NCBI GenBank assembly: GCA_964411345.1
Contig: CAYPKP010000001.1
Coordinates: 85,906 to 149,905, forward strand
Source: an uncultured Rikenella sp.
GTDB lineage: Bacteria; Bacteroidota; Bacteroidia; Bacteroidales; VadinHA17
Direction: 5' to 3'
Length of the DNA stretch: 64,000 nucleotides
In this document: positions 11,176 through 19,646 of the stretch, in pieces
Numbering within the stretch: position 1 is the stretch's first letter
Layout of the letters: each line of letters starts with the position of its first letter
The notes under the pieces: model-generated
What the model was told of the DNA's origin: nothing
Seen by the model: only the letters and a program-made list of their open reading frames with translations
The model's database searches: none
Made by a program: the position numbers and the translations under genes

Positions 11176-13167
11176 ATGTTCAAAAGGTCATCTGCCTATA
11201 TTGTCCATTTAAAGGTGAGCCGCAATGCCCTGCATGCTGCACTGCTGTCACTGTCATTGTCCGTGGCAACGCAGGCCGGAGCACAGGATATGTTCACCGG
11301 AGATACCATTACCATCACCGCTGTTACTGTAACTGCTACTGCTTCGGAAAGGCAGACACCCTACTCCGTTTTTGTGATTGATTCTGCCCTTATGGCCGGT
11401 CATATGGAGAGTGACCTGGCGTCACTGCTGATGTACGCCACTCCCCTGGCAGTAAAGCGTTACGGAAATCATGGTCTCGCTTCCGTGTCGGTGAGGGGAT
11501 TGCCCGGCAGTCATACAACGGTGAAATGGCATGGACTTACTGTCAATGCTGCAGGCAACGGATACACTGACTTTGCTCTCATCCCGCTCCAGGCAGCCTC
11601 ATCAGTGAAGATCACCCAGGGCGGCTATGACCTTAACGATGTATCGGGATCCATAGGAGGTAAGGTGGAACTCTCCTCAGAGCCTCTCTTTCAGACAGGG
11701 CTATACGGTTCAGTTGCGGCAGGGGCAGGCAGCTACGGTGACTACAGTGCTTCGGCAGTCACAGGCACAGGCAGTGAGTCCCTCTCGGCAAGGATGAGTC
11801 TGTGGGGCGAAAAGGCGAAGAATGATTTTCTCTTCATAAACGACAATAGCCCTGAAGGAGCTAAGGAGGAGCGAAGGGTCAACTCATCCTGTGCCTCGGG
11901 AGGCGCAGTTACAGACCTGGCATACAGATCCGGCAGCTCCACTGTTGCCGCGCACCTCTGGTACAGCAACTCGGAGCGGGAACTTCCGGGCCCGGTGACC
12001 ACTGTTCAGCAGGATTTTGGCGAGCGGCAGAGCGACAGGTCATTTCGCAGTGTGATCAGCTACTCCCTGGAGAAGGGAAAGGTTTCGGCGAGGGTAACAG
12101 CCGGAGGAGCCTCTGATGTAAACCTCTATTATCATGAGATTCCTGACTACAACGGTGACAACAGGTCGTCACTCCTGATGTTCAGCACCGCTCTTGCATA
12201 TCGTCTGAACGGAAAAGCCGAATTCGGCATCAATGCGGGAAATGAATACCAGAGCGCCCGGTCGCTTGGTTACTCAGACACCGAACGACGGAACCTCTTT
12301 TCAACATCTCTCTCCGCCAGGATCAATCCGGGAACAAGGGTGAGACTGCTGCTCCAGGCACGGCAGATGATAGTCACAGGAATGGTCATAAAACCGGAGT
12401 TTACGGCCGGGGCTGCAGTGGCACTCTCACCGGACGGCGCCCACCTGCTGAAAGCCAGCATTAGCCGCACTGCAAGGCTGCCGTGCCTCAATGACCTGTA
12501 TTGGGTTCCCGGCGGCAACAGCAGCCTGAGACATGAAAATGCCACAGGAGGTGAGGCATCATACTCTTATGTGATTATTGCCGCGTCAGGAATGAAGAAC
12601 AGCCTTGATCTTGCGCTCCACGCCAAACGGGTCAATGACCTGATACAATGGATCCCGGGTGTGACCGGAATATGGAGTGCCGAAAACGTCCGCAGTGTAA
12701 ATGTATACGGACTGGAGGGCAGAATAGGCTCTGAAGTGCCTTTTAATGAGCTGGTAATATCCTCTTATCTGAACTATGGCTTCACGCGCAGTGTGGTCGC
12801 CGCCTCTGAGATACCCAATGACAATGCGGTGGGAAGCCGGCTGATATATGTCCCGGGCAACCTGCTTAATTTGAATCTGGGAGTGCGCTGGAAGATGCTC
12901 AGGGCAGGAGTGACAGCGCTGTATCAGGACAGGCGCTTTACCACCTCGGACAACAGCGAATGGCTGCCCCCATCATTTCTTGCTGATGCAAAGGTGGGAG
13001 CAGTGCTCCCCGCAGGCAAGACAATAGTAGGAATAGAGCTTGGCACAAAAAATATCTTCAACAGCTCTTCGGAGAGTGTCCGCAATTACCCGATGCCGCT
13101 CCGGACCTTCAGCCTTAGATTAACCGTAAGTTTTACCGATAAAAACAAGAGCAATGAACAAGATTAG
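11176..13167 (+). CDS. btuB: TonB-dependent receptor, BtuB-like (vitamin B12/corrinoid)
   Basis: I chose ATG 11176 because the ORF-track GTG at 11140 abuts the riboswitch P1 stem. It has a signal peptide ending AGAQD, a plug domain (AVKRYGNHGLASVSVRGL) and a roughly 660-aa barrel of the small BtuB class. It is the first gene after the cobalamin riboswitch. Confidence 0.88.
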   Translation: MFKRSSAYIVHLKVSRNALHAALLSLSLSVATQAGAQDMFTGDTITITAVTVTATASERQTPYSVFVIDSALMAGHMESDLASLLMYATPLAVKRYGNHGLASVSVRGLPGSHTTVKWHGLTVNAAGNGYTDFALIPLQAASSVKITQGGYDLNDVSGSIGGKVELSSEPLFQTGLYGSVAAGAGSYGDYSASAVTGTGSESLSARMSLWGEKAKNDFLFINDNSPEGAKEERRVNSSCASGGAVTDLAYRSGSSTVAAHLWYSNSERELPGPVTTVQQDFGERQSDRSFRSVISYSLEKGKVSARVTAGGASDVNLYYHEIPDYNGDNRSSLLMFSTALAYRLNGKAEFGINAGNEYQSARSLGYSDTERRNLFSTSLSARINPGTRVRLLLQARQMIVTGMVIKPEFTAGAAVALSPDGAHLLKASISRTARLPCLNDLYWVPGGNSSLRHENATGGEASYSYVIIAASGMKNSLDLALHAKRVNDLIQWIPGVTGIWSAENVRSVNVYGLEGRIGSEVPFNELVISSYLNYGFTRSVVAASEIPNDNAVGSRLIYVPGNLLNLNLGVRWKMLRAGVTALYQDRRFTTSDNSEWLPPSFLADAKVGAVLPAGKTIVGIELGTKNIFNSSSESVRNYPMPLRTFSLRLTVSFTDKNKSNEQD

Positions 13168-14179
13168 GTTGATGGCCTTCCTGGTGCCGATAATATTCAT
13201 TTCCTGCGAGGGAAACAATGTCGAGCCAGGGCTCTTTCCGCAGGGAGAAGGAATGTTTATTCTTAATGAGGGCAATTTCATGGCCGGTAACGGGACAGTC
13301 TCCTTTTACAGCCTGGAGACGGGTGAGATCTACAACGACCTCTTCAGGACCATGAACGGCAGACCCCTGGGGGATGTTCCCACCTTCATCGCAACAGACG
13401 GCACCACAGGATACATCATAGTCAACAATTCAGGTACCCTGGAGGCTGTTGACATGCTTACCATGGAGAGTCTCGGTACGGTTACCGGACTCAGCTCTCC
13501 CCGGCAGATGGCAATCAGCGGTCGTAAAGCCTATATCAGTTCCATCGCCTCCGAAGAGCTGACCGTCATTGACCTTGATCTTCTTGAGGTGACCGGTTAC
13601 ATTGATATCGGATGCACCAGCGAGGCAACAGTTATCTCTGGCGGGGTACTGTTCGCTTCAAACTGGGTGGCCGGTGACCGGATTGTGGTTGTCGATCTTG
13701 AAACCGAAGAACTCATTGGCTCTGTGACGGCAGGAACAGAGCCGGAGAGCATGGTGATTGACAAAAACGGCAAGCTATGGGTGCTCTGCACAGGCGGATA
13801 TATGCAGGATCTTCCAAAATTAGTCAGGATAAACAGCGTTACCTATGAAAAGGAGAGTGAAATGATCTTCGGTTCAGTGTCGGACTATCCTGCTTCGCTG
13901 ACCCTCAACGGCACCGGTGACACCCTCTACTGGCTTCATGAAGGTGTCAGGAGGATGCCGGTCAGCGCCGCCTCACTTCCCGCTGAAGCTTTCATAGAGC
14001 AGGGGGAGAGGCTCTTCTATGATCTTGCGACAGCACCCGGCGGGCGGGTTTTTGTCACAGATGCCATTGATTACCAGCAGAAGGGCGACCTGCTGATTTT
14101 CAACAGCCTTGGGGAACTTGTAGATACTGAAAAGGCAGGAATTATCCCCGGTTTCATGCGCTATATGAAGGAGTGGTAA
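13154..14179 (+). CDS. surface beta-propeller lipoprotein (YncE/DUF5074-like), B12-locus accessory
   Basis: Lipoprotein signal (PIIFISCEG). About 45-aa blade repeats are visible (G.LxVxD / G.xxV.D patterns). It overlaps the receptor gene by 14 nt. Confidence 0.7.
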   Translation: MNKIRLMAFLVPIIFISCEGNNVEPGLFPQGEGMFILNEGNFMAGNGTVSFYSLETGEIYNDLFRTMNGRPLGDVPTFIATDGTTGYIIVNNSGTLEAVDMLTMESLGTVTGLSSPRQMAISGRKAYISSIASEELTVIDLDLLEVTGYIDIGCTSEATVISGGVLFASNWVAGDRIVVVDLETEELIGSVTAGTEPESMVIDKNGKLWVLCTGGYMQDLPKLVRINSVTYEKESEMIFGSVSDYPASLTLNGTGDTLYWLHEGVRRMPVSAASLPAEAFIEQGERLFYDLATAPGGRVFVTDAIDYQQKGDLLIFNSLGELVDTEKAGIIPGFMRYMKEW

Positions 14180-14193
14180 GTTTTTGACTATTT

Positions 14194-16389
14194 TTGGTAA
14201 TACAATATAACAGATTGAAGGAAAGAGTATTCATAGCAGCGTTGTTCCTGTTCTTCTCCCTGGCACTCAAGGGTCAGATGGAATTTCCTGTTGGCAGTGC
14301 ACTCTATCCCGACATACGTAACTGGCATGAGATATCTGTTGATCCCCTGGAGGTGGAGGTGCTGCGGTCACTTGACCAGCCAAAGGATCAACCGTACAGG
14401 TTTGCCATCCCGGTGCCTGTGAATTTGACTCCGGAGAATGCGGGTTTTATAGTTCAGAGAGGCAATGAGACCGTATGGGTCATGCCTCTCTCATCAAAGG
14501 GAGCCCTGTCTCTCAATCTCATCCTGTCACCTTTCAGACTTCCCGAAGGATCATATATCTATGTATATGACCTCGAACGGAGGGTGGTCAGGGGGGCATT
14601 TACGGCAGAGAGCGGTGCGGGCAGGGTGACTATGCCGGTTATGCCTCTTCCGGGTGACAGGATGGTCCTGGAGTGTCATTTCCCGGGCGGTTCAGTTCCT
14701 GCCGGTGCCATTGGAATCAAGCAGGTGGCGCATGACTTTGCGGGCTTTTTTGAGCTTGATGGTGTCAAGGATATCTATTTCGGCCGGTCAGGAAGCTGCG
14801 AAACGGATCTCAGATGTTCCACCAACAGTACCTACCTGACCGCAAGCCGGTCAGTGGTGCGGCTGCTGGTGGCAGGCGCAGAGCTGTGTACGGGTGTGAT
14901 GGTCAACAACACGGGAAGTGAGTACAAGGCCTATGTGCTCACTGCCAACCACTGCATTGACACCCCAACCCTGGCAGATGAAACGGTATTCGTTTTCAAC
15001 TATGCCAGTCCCTGGTGTGACGGTCCTGACGTTACAGGCGCACACTCCCTGACGGGGTCGATACTGCGTGCAACAAATCCTGATGTTGACTTCACCCTGG
15101 TGGAGCTGCTGCAGTTTCCTCCGCTGGTTTACAGGCCCTGGTTCGCAGGATGGGACGTAACCGCCTCAGTCCCCTCCAGCACCTTTACCCTTCATCACCC
15201 TGAAGGTGATGTCATGAAGATTACCATTGATGACAACAGTCCTATAACTGCCTCTTATCCTGTATCAGGGTATGCAGTCAACAGTTTCTGGCGCATTCTG
15301 AGATGGGAGCTGGGGGCAACAGAGCCCGGCTCATCAGGAGGGCCGCTCTTTGACCAGAACGGCAGGGTCCGGGGGACTCTCACCGGCGGAAGTGCCACAT
15401 GTGCGGAACCGACAAATGACTTTTATGCAAAGATCAGCCGGATGTTCAATATCACCACCATCACCTCCACCCATCTCAGGCCCTGGCTCGATCCCGTTTC
15501 ATCAGGTGCCACAGTAGCCGGGGGACGCGATCCGTATGCCTACAACCTCTCTCTTGCTGACACGCTCAATAATTTGCCTCTCTCAGACCCCGGCACTGCC
15601 GATACCTATGTCCCACCCGGTTGGGGATACTCAACCGGCAATAACTCTGACGGACTCAGGAGATATGCTGAATATTTCCCATTTGTCGGAACAGGTGAGA
15701 TAGCATGGGTACAATTGAAGGTGGCTGCGGTCTCCTGGCTCTCGTCGGTTGACTCGCTGCGTGTTTTTGTCCTGGGCGGCGGCGGCGTTCCCGGAGCAAC
15801 TATGGCCTCACGCACGATCCGGTTGACAGAGGTGAAGGCCAGTGCAGAGCTGCAGATCGATTTCGGTCAGACGGTAAAGGTCACCGGACCCTATTATACC
15901 GGTTATGAGGTGTACTACAGGAGCGGCATGATGCTGCCGCAGCCTCAGTTCGCCGTGAAGCATTCAGATGCATGGCCTCTCGATTCATACAACACGGCGT
16001 GGTTCAGCAACGGAACCTCCTGGCTGCCGTTCACACAGCATCCCACATTCCCGAAGCCAGTATCACTGGGCATCAGTGTGGTGATGGTTGACAATACGAT
16101 CCTTAACAATATTGAGGATCCCGAAAAGGAGACACCCCCCCTGAAGGTCTTTCCAAACCCGTTCATCTCCGACATCTGTTTCGAGCTTGACGGGAGAGGC
16201 GTGACTGAGACTTCGTTAAGCCTGTGGGACAACTCGGGGAAGGTTGTCTATGCCGGAGAATACCGCAACATATTCCCGGGGATCCTTCCCGTGGAGCTCT
16301 CCTGGCTTACCGCCGGCATATATCACTACAGTCTCAGGAACGATTCGGTTCTTTATACCGGCACACTGATAAAGGCCGATTCCAGGTAA
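14194..16389 (+). CDS. secreted S1-family (chymotrypsin-fold) serine endopeptidase with T9SS C-terminal sorting domain
   Basis: Signal peptide (FIAALFLFFSLALKGQ). The catalytic triad context is LTANHCID, DVDFTLVEL and TEPGSSGGPLF. The last roughly 80 aa match the Por secretion tail pattern (KVFPNPFISDICFEL...GIYHYSL...LIK). The start is TTG at 14194, and an alternative TTG lies 8 codons downstream. Confidence 0.8.
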   Translation: MVIQYNRLKERVFIAALFLFFSLALKGQMEFPVGSALYPDIRNWHEISVDPLEVEVLRSLDQPKDQPYRFAIPVPVNLTPENAGFIVQRGNETVWVMPLSSKGALSLNLILSPFRLPEGSYIYVYDLERRVVRGAFTAESGAGRVTMPVMPLPGDRMVLECHFPGGSVPAGAIGIKQVAHDFAGFFELDGVKDIYFGRSGSCETDLRCSTNSTYLTASRSVVRLLVAGAELCTGVMVNNTGSEYKAYVLTANHCIDTPTLADETVFVFNYASPWCDGPDVTGAHSLTGSILRATNPDVDFTLVELLQFPPLVYRPWFAGWDVTASVPSSTFTLHHPEGDVMKITIDDNSPITASYPVSGYAVNSFWRILRWELGATEPGSSGGPLFDQNGRVRGTLTGGSATCAEPTNDFYAKISRMFNITTITSTHLRPWLDPVSSGATVAGGRDPYAYNLSLADTLNNLPLSDPGTADTYVPPGWGYSTGNNSDGLRRYAEYFPFVGTGEIAWVQLKVAAVSWLSSVDSLRVFVLGGGGVPGATMASRTIRLTEVKASAELQIDFGQTVKVTGPYYTGYEVYYRSGMMLPQPQFAVKHSDAWPLDSYNTAWFSNGTSWLPFTQHPTFPKPVSLGISVVMVDNTILNNIEDPEKETPPLKVFPNPFISDICFELDGRGVTETSLSLWDNSGKVVYAGEYRNIFPGILPVELSWLTAGIYHYSLRNDSVLYTGTLIKADSR

Positions 16390-17522
16390 TGAGAGTTTTC
16401 TGTTTCATCACAGCATTGGCACTGATCCTCTTTTCATGCCGCAGCGGCAGTGAAAGCAGGGTAAAGCAGAACACCCGGCTTTCTCCTGCCTCTTCCAGGC
16501 TCATCATTGAAGAGAAGGAGAATTATTACAGGGTGGTGATACGTGATCCGTGGCAGAATACCCGGGGGACTGAGCTCGAATATTTTCTTCTTGCGCGCGG
16601 AGAGACCCTGCCCGGGACTCTTGACACGGCAAGGGTGATCCGCGTGCCGGTTGAGAGGATGATCTGCATGTCAACCACCCATGTTGCCATGCTCTCCGCG
16701 CTTGGTGCAACTGATCTGCTGGCAGGCATTTCCGGTGCAAACCTGCTCTATGATACCCTTATCCGTGAAGCCGTCGCCAGCGGGTCGGTACGTGATGTCG
16801 GATACGAGGGAAATCTCAACAATGAACTGATCGTTGCCCTCAAGCCGGACCTGGTGATGGCCTACGGTGTTGCGGATCCGTCGGCGGGTCAGCTGGGGAA
16901 GCTCTCATCGCTTGGTGTCAGGGTGATATACAATGCAGATTACCTGGAGGAGCATCCGCTTGCACGTGCTGCCTGGATAAGGCTCTTCGGCCTGCTGACA
17001 GGCCGGAAGGAGAAGGCTGACAGTCTGTTTGCCGAAGTATCGTTACGATACACCGATCTCGCGGCAAGAGTCGGGGAGAATGCAGGTCAACGGCCTTCCG
17101 TGCTGCTGGGCGCACCGTGGGAGGATGTATGGTATGTCTCACCTGCCAACTCATACACCGGGAGGCTTATAGAAGATGCCGGCGGTGACTATCTCTTCTC
17201 TGACCTGACCGAAGCCAATTCGGTTCCCTATTCAGTGGAAGCTGTATTCAGGCGTGCCGCTGATGCTGACTTCTGGATAAATCCAGGTACTGCGGAGAGC
17301 CTTGAAGATATCAGCGCTGCCGACCACCGTCTCAGCCGCCTGCCGGTATGCCGTGAAGGGCGGGTGTGGAACAACAGGAAAAGGATGACACCTGCAGGAG
17401 GCAATGACTACTGGGAGACAGCCGTAGTTCGTCCTGACATCCTGCTAATGGATATGGTTTCCATCCTGCATCCTGAGATGCTTCCCGGCTACGTGCACTA
17501 CTTCTACAGGAGGCTGGAATGA
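16389..17522 (+). CDS. btuF: ABC transporter periplasmic substrate-binding protein, BtuF/FecB-type
   Basis: The ATG sits in a TAATG overlap with the protease stop codon. Lipoprotein signal (LILFSCRSG). It has a class III (helical backbone) PBP architecture and lies next to FecCD-type permease and ATPase genes. The ORF-track extension to 16224 is rejected. Confidence 0.85.
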   Translation: MRVFCFITALALILFSCRSGSESRVKQNTRLSPASSRLIIEEKENYYRVVIRDPWQNTRGTELEYFLLARGETLPGTLDTARVIRVPVERMICMSTTHVAMLSALGATDLLAGISGANLLYDTLIREAVASGSVRDVGYEGNLNNELIVALKPDLVMAYGVADPSAGQLGKLSSLGVRVIYNADYLEEHPLARAAWIRLFGLLTGRKEKADSLFAEVSLRYTDLAARVGENAGQRPSVLLGAPWEDVWYVSPANSYTGRLIEDAGGDYLFSDLTEANSVPYSVEAVFRRAADADFWINPGTAESLEDISAADHRLSRLPVCREGRVWNNRKRMTPAGGNDYWETAVVRPDILLMDMVSILHPEMLPGYVHYFYRRLE

Positions 17523-18559
17523 GAGACCGGTTACCATCCCTTAATCTTTCCCTGACGATGACCGGGTTGTTGCTGGTCACACTGCTGCTCTTCTGTGCTG
17601 ATCTTCTTTTTGGAGGCACGCCTGTTGGGGCTGCGGATGTTGTCAGGGCTCTTTTTGGAGCGGGGTCACCGGAGAGTGAGATCATAGTGATGGAGTTTCG
17701 CCTTCCCAGGGCCCTCACGGCAGTCATTGCCGGGGCTGCGCTATCTGTCAGCGGGCTGATTATGCAGACCCTCTTCCGCAATCCTCTTGCCGGTCCTGAT
17801 GTGCTGGGCATAAGCTCAGGCGCCGGCCTCGGCGTAGCAGTCACAGTACTTACCCTCTCGCCTCTGTTTGCCTTCTCTGCAGGCAGCCCCCTGCAGGGAT
17901 GGAGCATGATCCTTGCTGCCTGGGCCGGCGCCGGGACGGTGATGGTGATCATCATGGCGGTCTCCTCCCGCATGCGTGACATAATGACGGTGCTGATTGT
18001 CGGTCTGATGCTCGCCAGTGCCATCTCTGCCGTGGTGAGCCTGATGCAGTATTTCAGCAATGAGGCGATGCTGAGGACATACGTGATATGGACAATGGGC
18101 AACCTTGGCAATATATCATGGCAGCAGCTCAGGGCATTGACCATAGCTGTCCTGGCAGGCATGATGCTGGCCTTTGTGATGGTCAAGTCCCTGAATGCAA
18201 TGCTGATGGGAGACACCTTCTCCCGTACCGTTGGCGTGCCCATGCGCAGTACGAGGCTGATGCTTCTTGCTGCAGCCAGTATTCTGGCCGGCAGCGTAAC
18301 GGCATTCTGCGGGCCCCTGGCCTTCATAGGAGTTGCGGTGCCTCACGTGGCACGACTGCTCTTCAGAACAACCGATCACCGCACACTCATGCCCGGTACG
18401 GCACTCTGCGGTGCTGCGATACTGCTGGCGAGCGACCTCATCTCCACGGCACCGGGCGGCGGGCGCATCATTCCGGTAAACACCGTCACATCACTGATCG
18501 GGATACCTGTTGTGCTGTGGATAATACTCGGCAGGAACGCAATGGGAGGGAGGCGATGA
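17519..18559 (+). CDS. btuC: FecCD-family ABC permease (B12/iron-siderophore type)
   Basis: 346 aa with about 9-10 TM helices. The start overlaps the upstream stop by 4 nt. The conserved FecCD region is RLPRALTAVIAGAALSVSGLIMQTLFRNPLAGPDVLGISSGAG. Confidence 0.92.
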   Translation: MRDRLPSLNLSLTMTGLLLVTLLLFCADLLFGGTPVGAADVVRALFGAGSPESEIIVMEFRLPRALTAVIAGAALSVSGLIMQTLFRNPLAGPDVLGISSGAGLGVAVTVLTLSPLFAFSAGSPLQGWSMILAAWAGAGTVMVIIMAVSSRMRDIMTVLIVGLMLASAISAVVSLMQYFSNEAMLRTYVIWTMGNLGNISWQQLRALTIAVLAGMMLAFVMVKSLNAMLMGDTFSRTVGVPMRSTRLMLLAAASILAGSVTAFCGPLAFIGVAVPHVARLLFRTTDHRTLMPGTALCGAAILLASDLISTAPGGGRIIPVNTVTSLIGIPVVLWIILGRNAMGGRR

Positions 18560-19563
18560 AGGAAAGAGGAGTTGTGGTTGCCGAGACCCATGATCTTACA
18601 ATCGGTTACTCATCGCGCCGCCGGTGCGTCAGGGTCATGGAGCATCTCTCCGTCAGTGCAGGAGCAGGTGAGCTCGTGGCTCTCATAGGCCGTAACGGTG
18701 CCGGCAAGAGCACTCTGCTGAGGACCCTGGTGTCACTACAGCCTCCTGTTGAGGGAACCATCCGGCTGAACGGAAGAGACCTCCAGGCAATCGGCAGCGC
18801 CATGCTGCCCAGGATGGTCAGCTTCACCTCCACAGAGCCTGTGGCTGAGCGTAATATTACGGTACGCGAGGCAGTGTCACTGGGACGTTTTCCCTATACC
18901 AACTGGATCGGCACCATGACGGCCGCTGACAGGGAGGCGGTTGACCTTGCTCTTGAAGACACCGGCATGCTGGCGCTTGCCGGTCGCAGGCTCGACAGCA
19001 TTTCCGACGGCGAGAGACAGAGGACACTCATAGCACGGTCGCTGGCACAGGATACTGATTTGCTGGTCATGGATGAACCAACGGCGTTTCTTGATCTGCC
19101 TTCGCGATATGGCATCGTAAACCTGCTGAGAAAGCTGACCAGGGAAAAGGGTAAATGCGTTGTCTATTCTACCCATGACCTCGACACGGCACTCAACGAG
19201 GCTGACAGGATATGGCTTATGCACGGCGACGGCATCACTGAAGGCGCCCCGGAAGACCTGATACTGTCGGGCACCATGGCTCATGCCTTTGAGAGCCCCC
19301 TGCTCGCCTTCAGCAGCAAGGAAGGCACCTTCAGCTTTGTAAGAGGAAAGAGGAGCGGCATAGCGCTCACGGGCGAGGCCCCTGCCCTGAGCCTTACAGA
19401 AAAGGCTCTTGGCAGATGTGGATACACCGTGGATCAGAAGGCCCCTGTGAAGATTACGGTCAGCAGAGAGAACGAGGGTTGGCAATGGACGCTTACAGAA
19501 GGCCCGGAATCAATATGTTATCATACATTGTATGATCTGATGGTTCACCTGTCTGAAGAGTGA
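18556..19563 (+). CDS. btuD: ABC transporter ATP-binding protein (BtuD/FepC-like) with about 80-aa C-terminal extension
   Basis: ATG 18556 forms an ATGA overlap with the permease stop. Walker A is GRNGAGKST, the ABC signature is ISDGERQR and Walker B is LLVMDEPT. The upstream 156 codons of the track ORF overlap the permease out of frame and are rejected. Confidence 0.9.
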   Translation: MKERGVVVAETHDLTIGYSSRRRCVRVMEHLSVSAGAGELVALIGRNGAGKSTLLRTLVSLQPPVEGTIRLNGRDLQAIGSAMLPRMVSFTSTEPVAERNITVREAVSLGRFPYTNWIGTMTAADREAVDLALEDTGMLALAGRRLDSISDGERQRTLIARSLAQDTDLLVMDEPTAFLDLPSRYGIVNLLRKLTREKGKCVVYSTHDLDTALNEADRIWLMHGDGITEGAPEDLILSGTMAHAFESPLLAFSSKEGTFSFVRGKRSGIALTGEAPALSLTEKALGRCGYTVDQKAPVKITVSRENEGWQWTLTEGPESICYHTLYDLMVHLSEE

Positions 19564-19640
19564 TTCACATATCATTTCCGAATGCTCACCTGTCTGAAGA
19601 GAGGTTTGCCTGTCATCTCCCTGGCTCACATGCCTGAATG
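19545..19640. repeat. degenerate ~20-nt tandem repeat array (TCACMTG-YCTGAAKR units)
   Basis: An exact 16-mer, TCACCTGTCTGAAGAG, occurs at 19545-19560 and 19586-19601. A related TCACATGCCTGAATG lies at 19626-19640, with weaker units in between. The array spans the btuD stop codon and the convergent intergenic spacer. Confidence 0.7.
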
Positions 19641-19646
19641 CCGGTA

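Noticed and set aside
16224-16388. Upstream extension of the btuF ORF into the protease gene
   Set aside because: It is out of frame within the T9SS C-terminal domain coding region. The lipoprotein signal peptide begins at the ATG at 16389.
17332-18327. 331-aa minus-strand ORF antisense to the btuF end and the btuC permease
   Set aside because: It lies entirely antisense to two genes with strong family signatures. Its translation is low-complexity (Ala/Arg/Pro/Ser/Thr rich) with no recognisable motif. Long open antisense frames are expected opposite GC-rich membrane-protein genes.
18088-18555. 156-codon upstream extension of the ATPase ORF (track ORF 18088-19563)
   Set aside because: The extension overlaps the permease gene out of frame and translates to Arg/His/Cys-rich nonsense. 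The ATG at 18556 (ATGA overlap) gives a normal ABC ATPase N-terminus.
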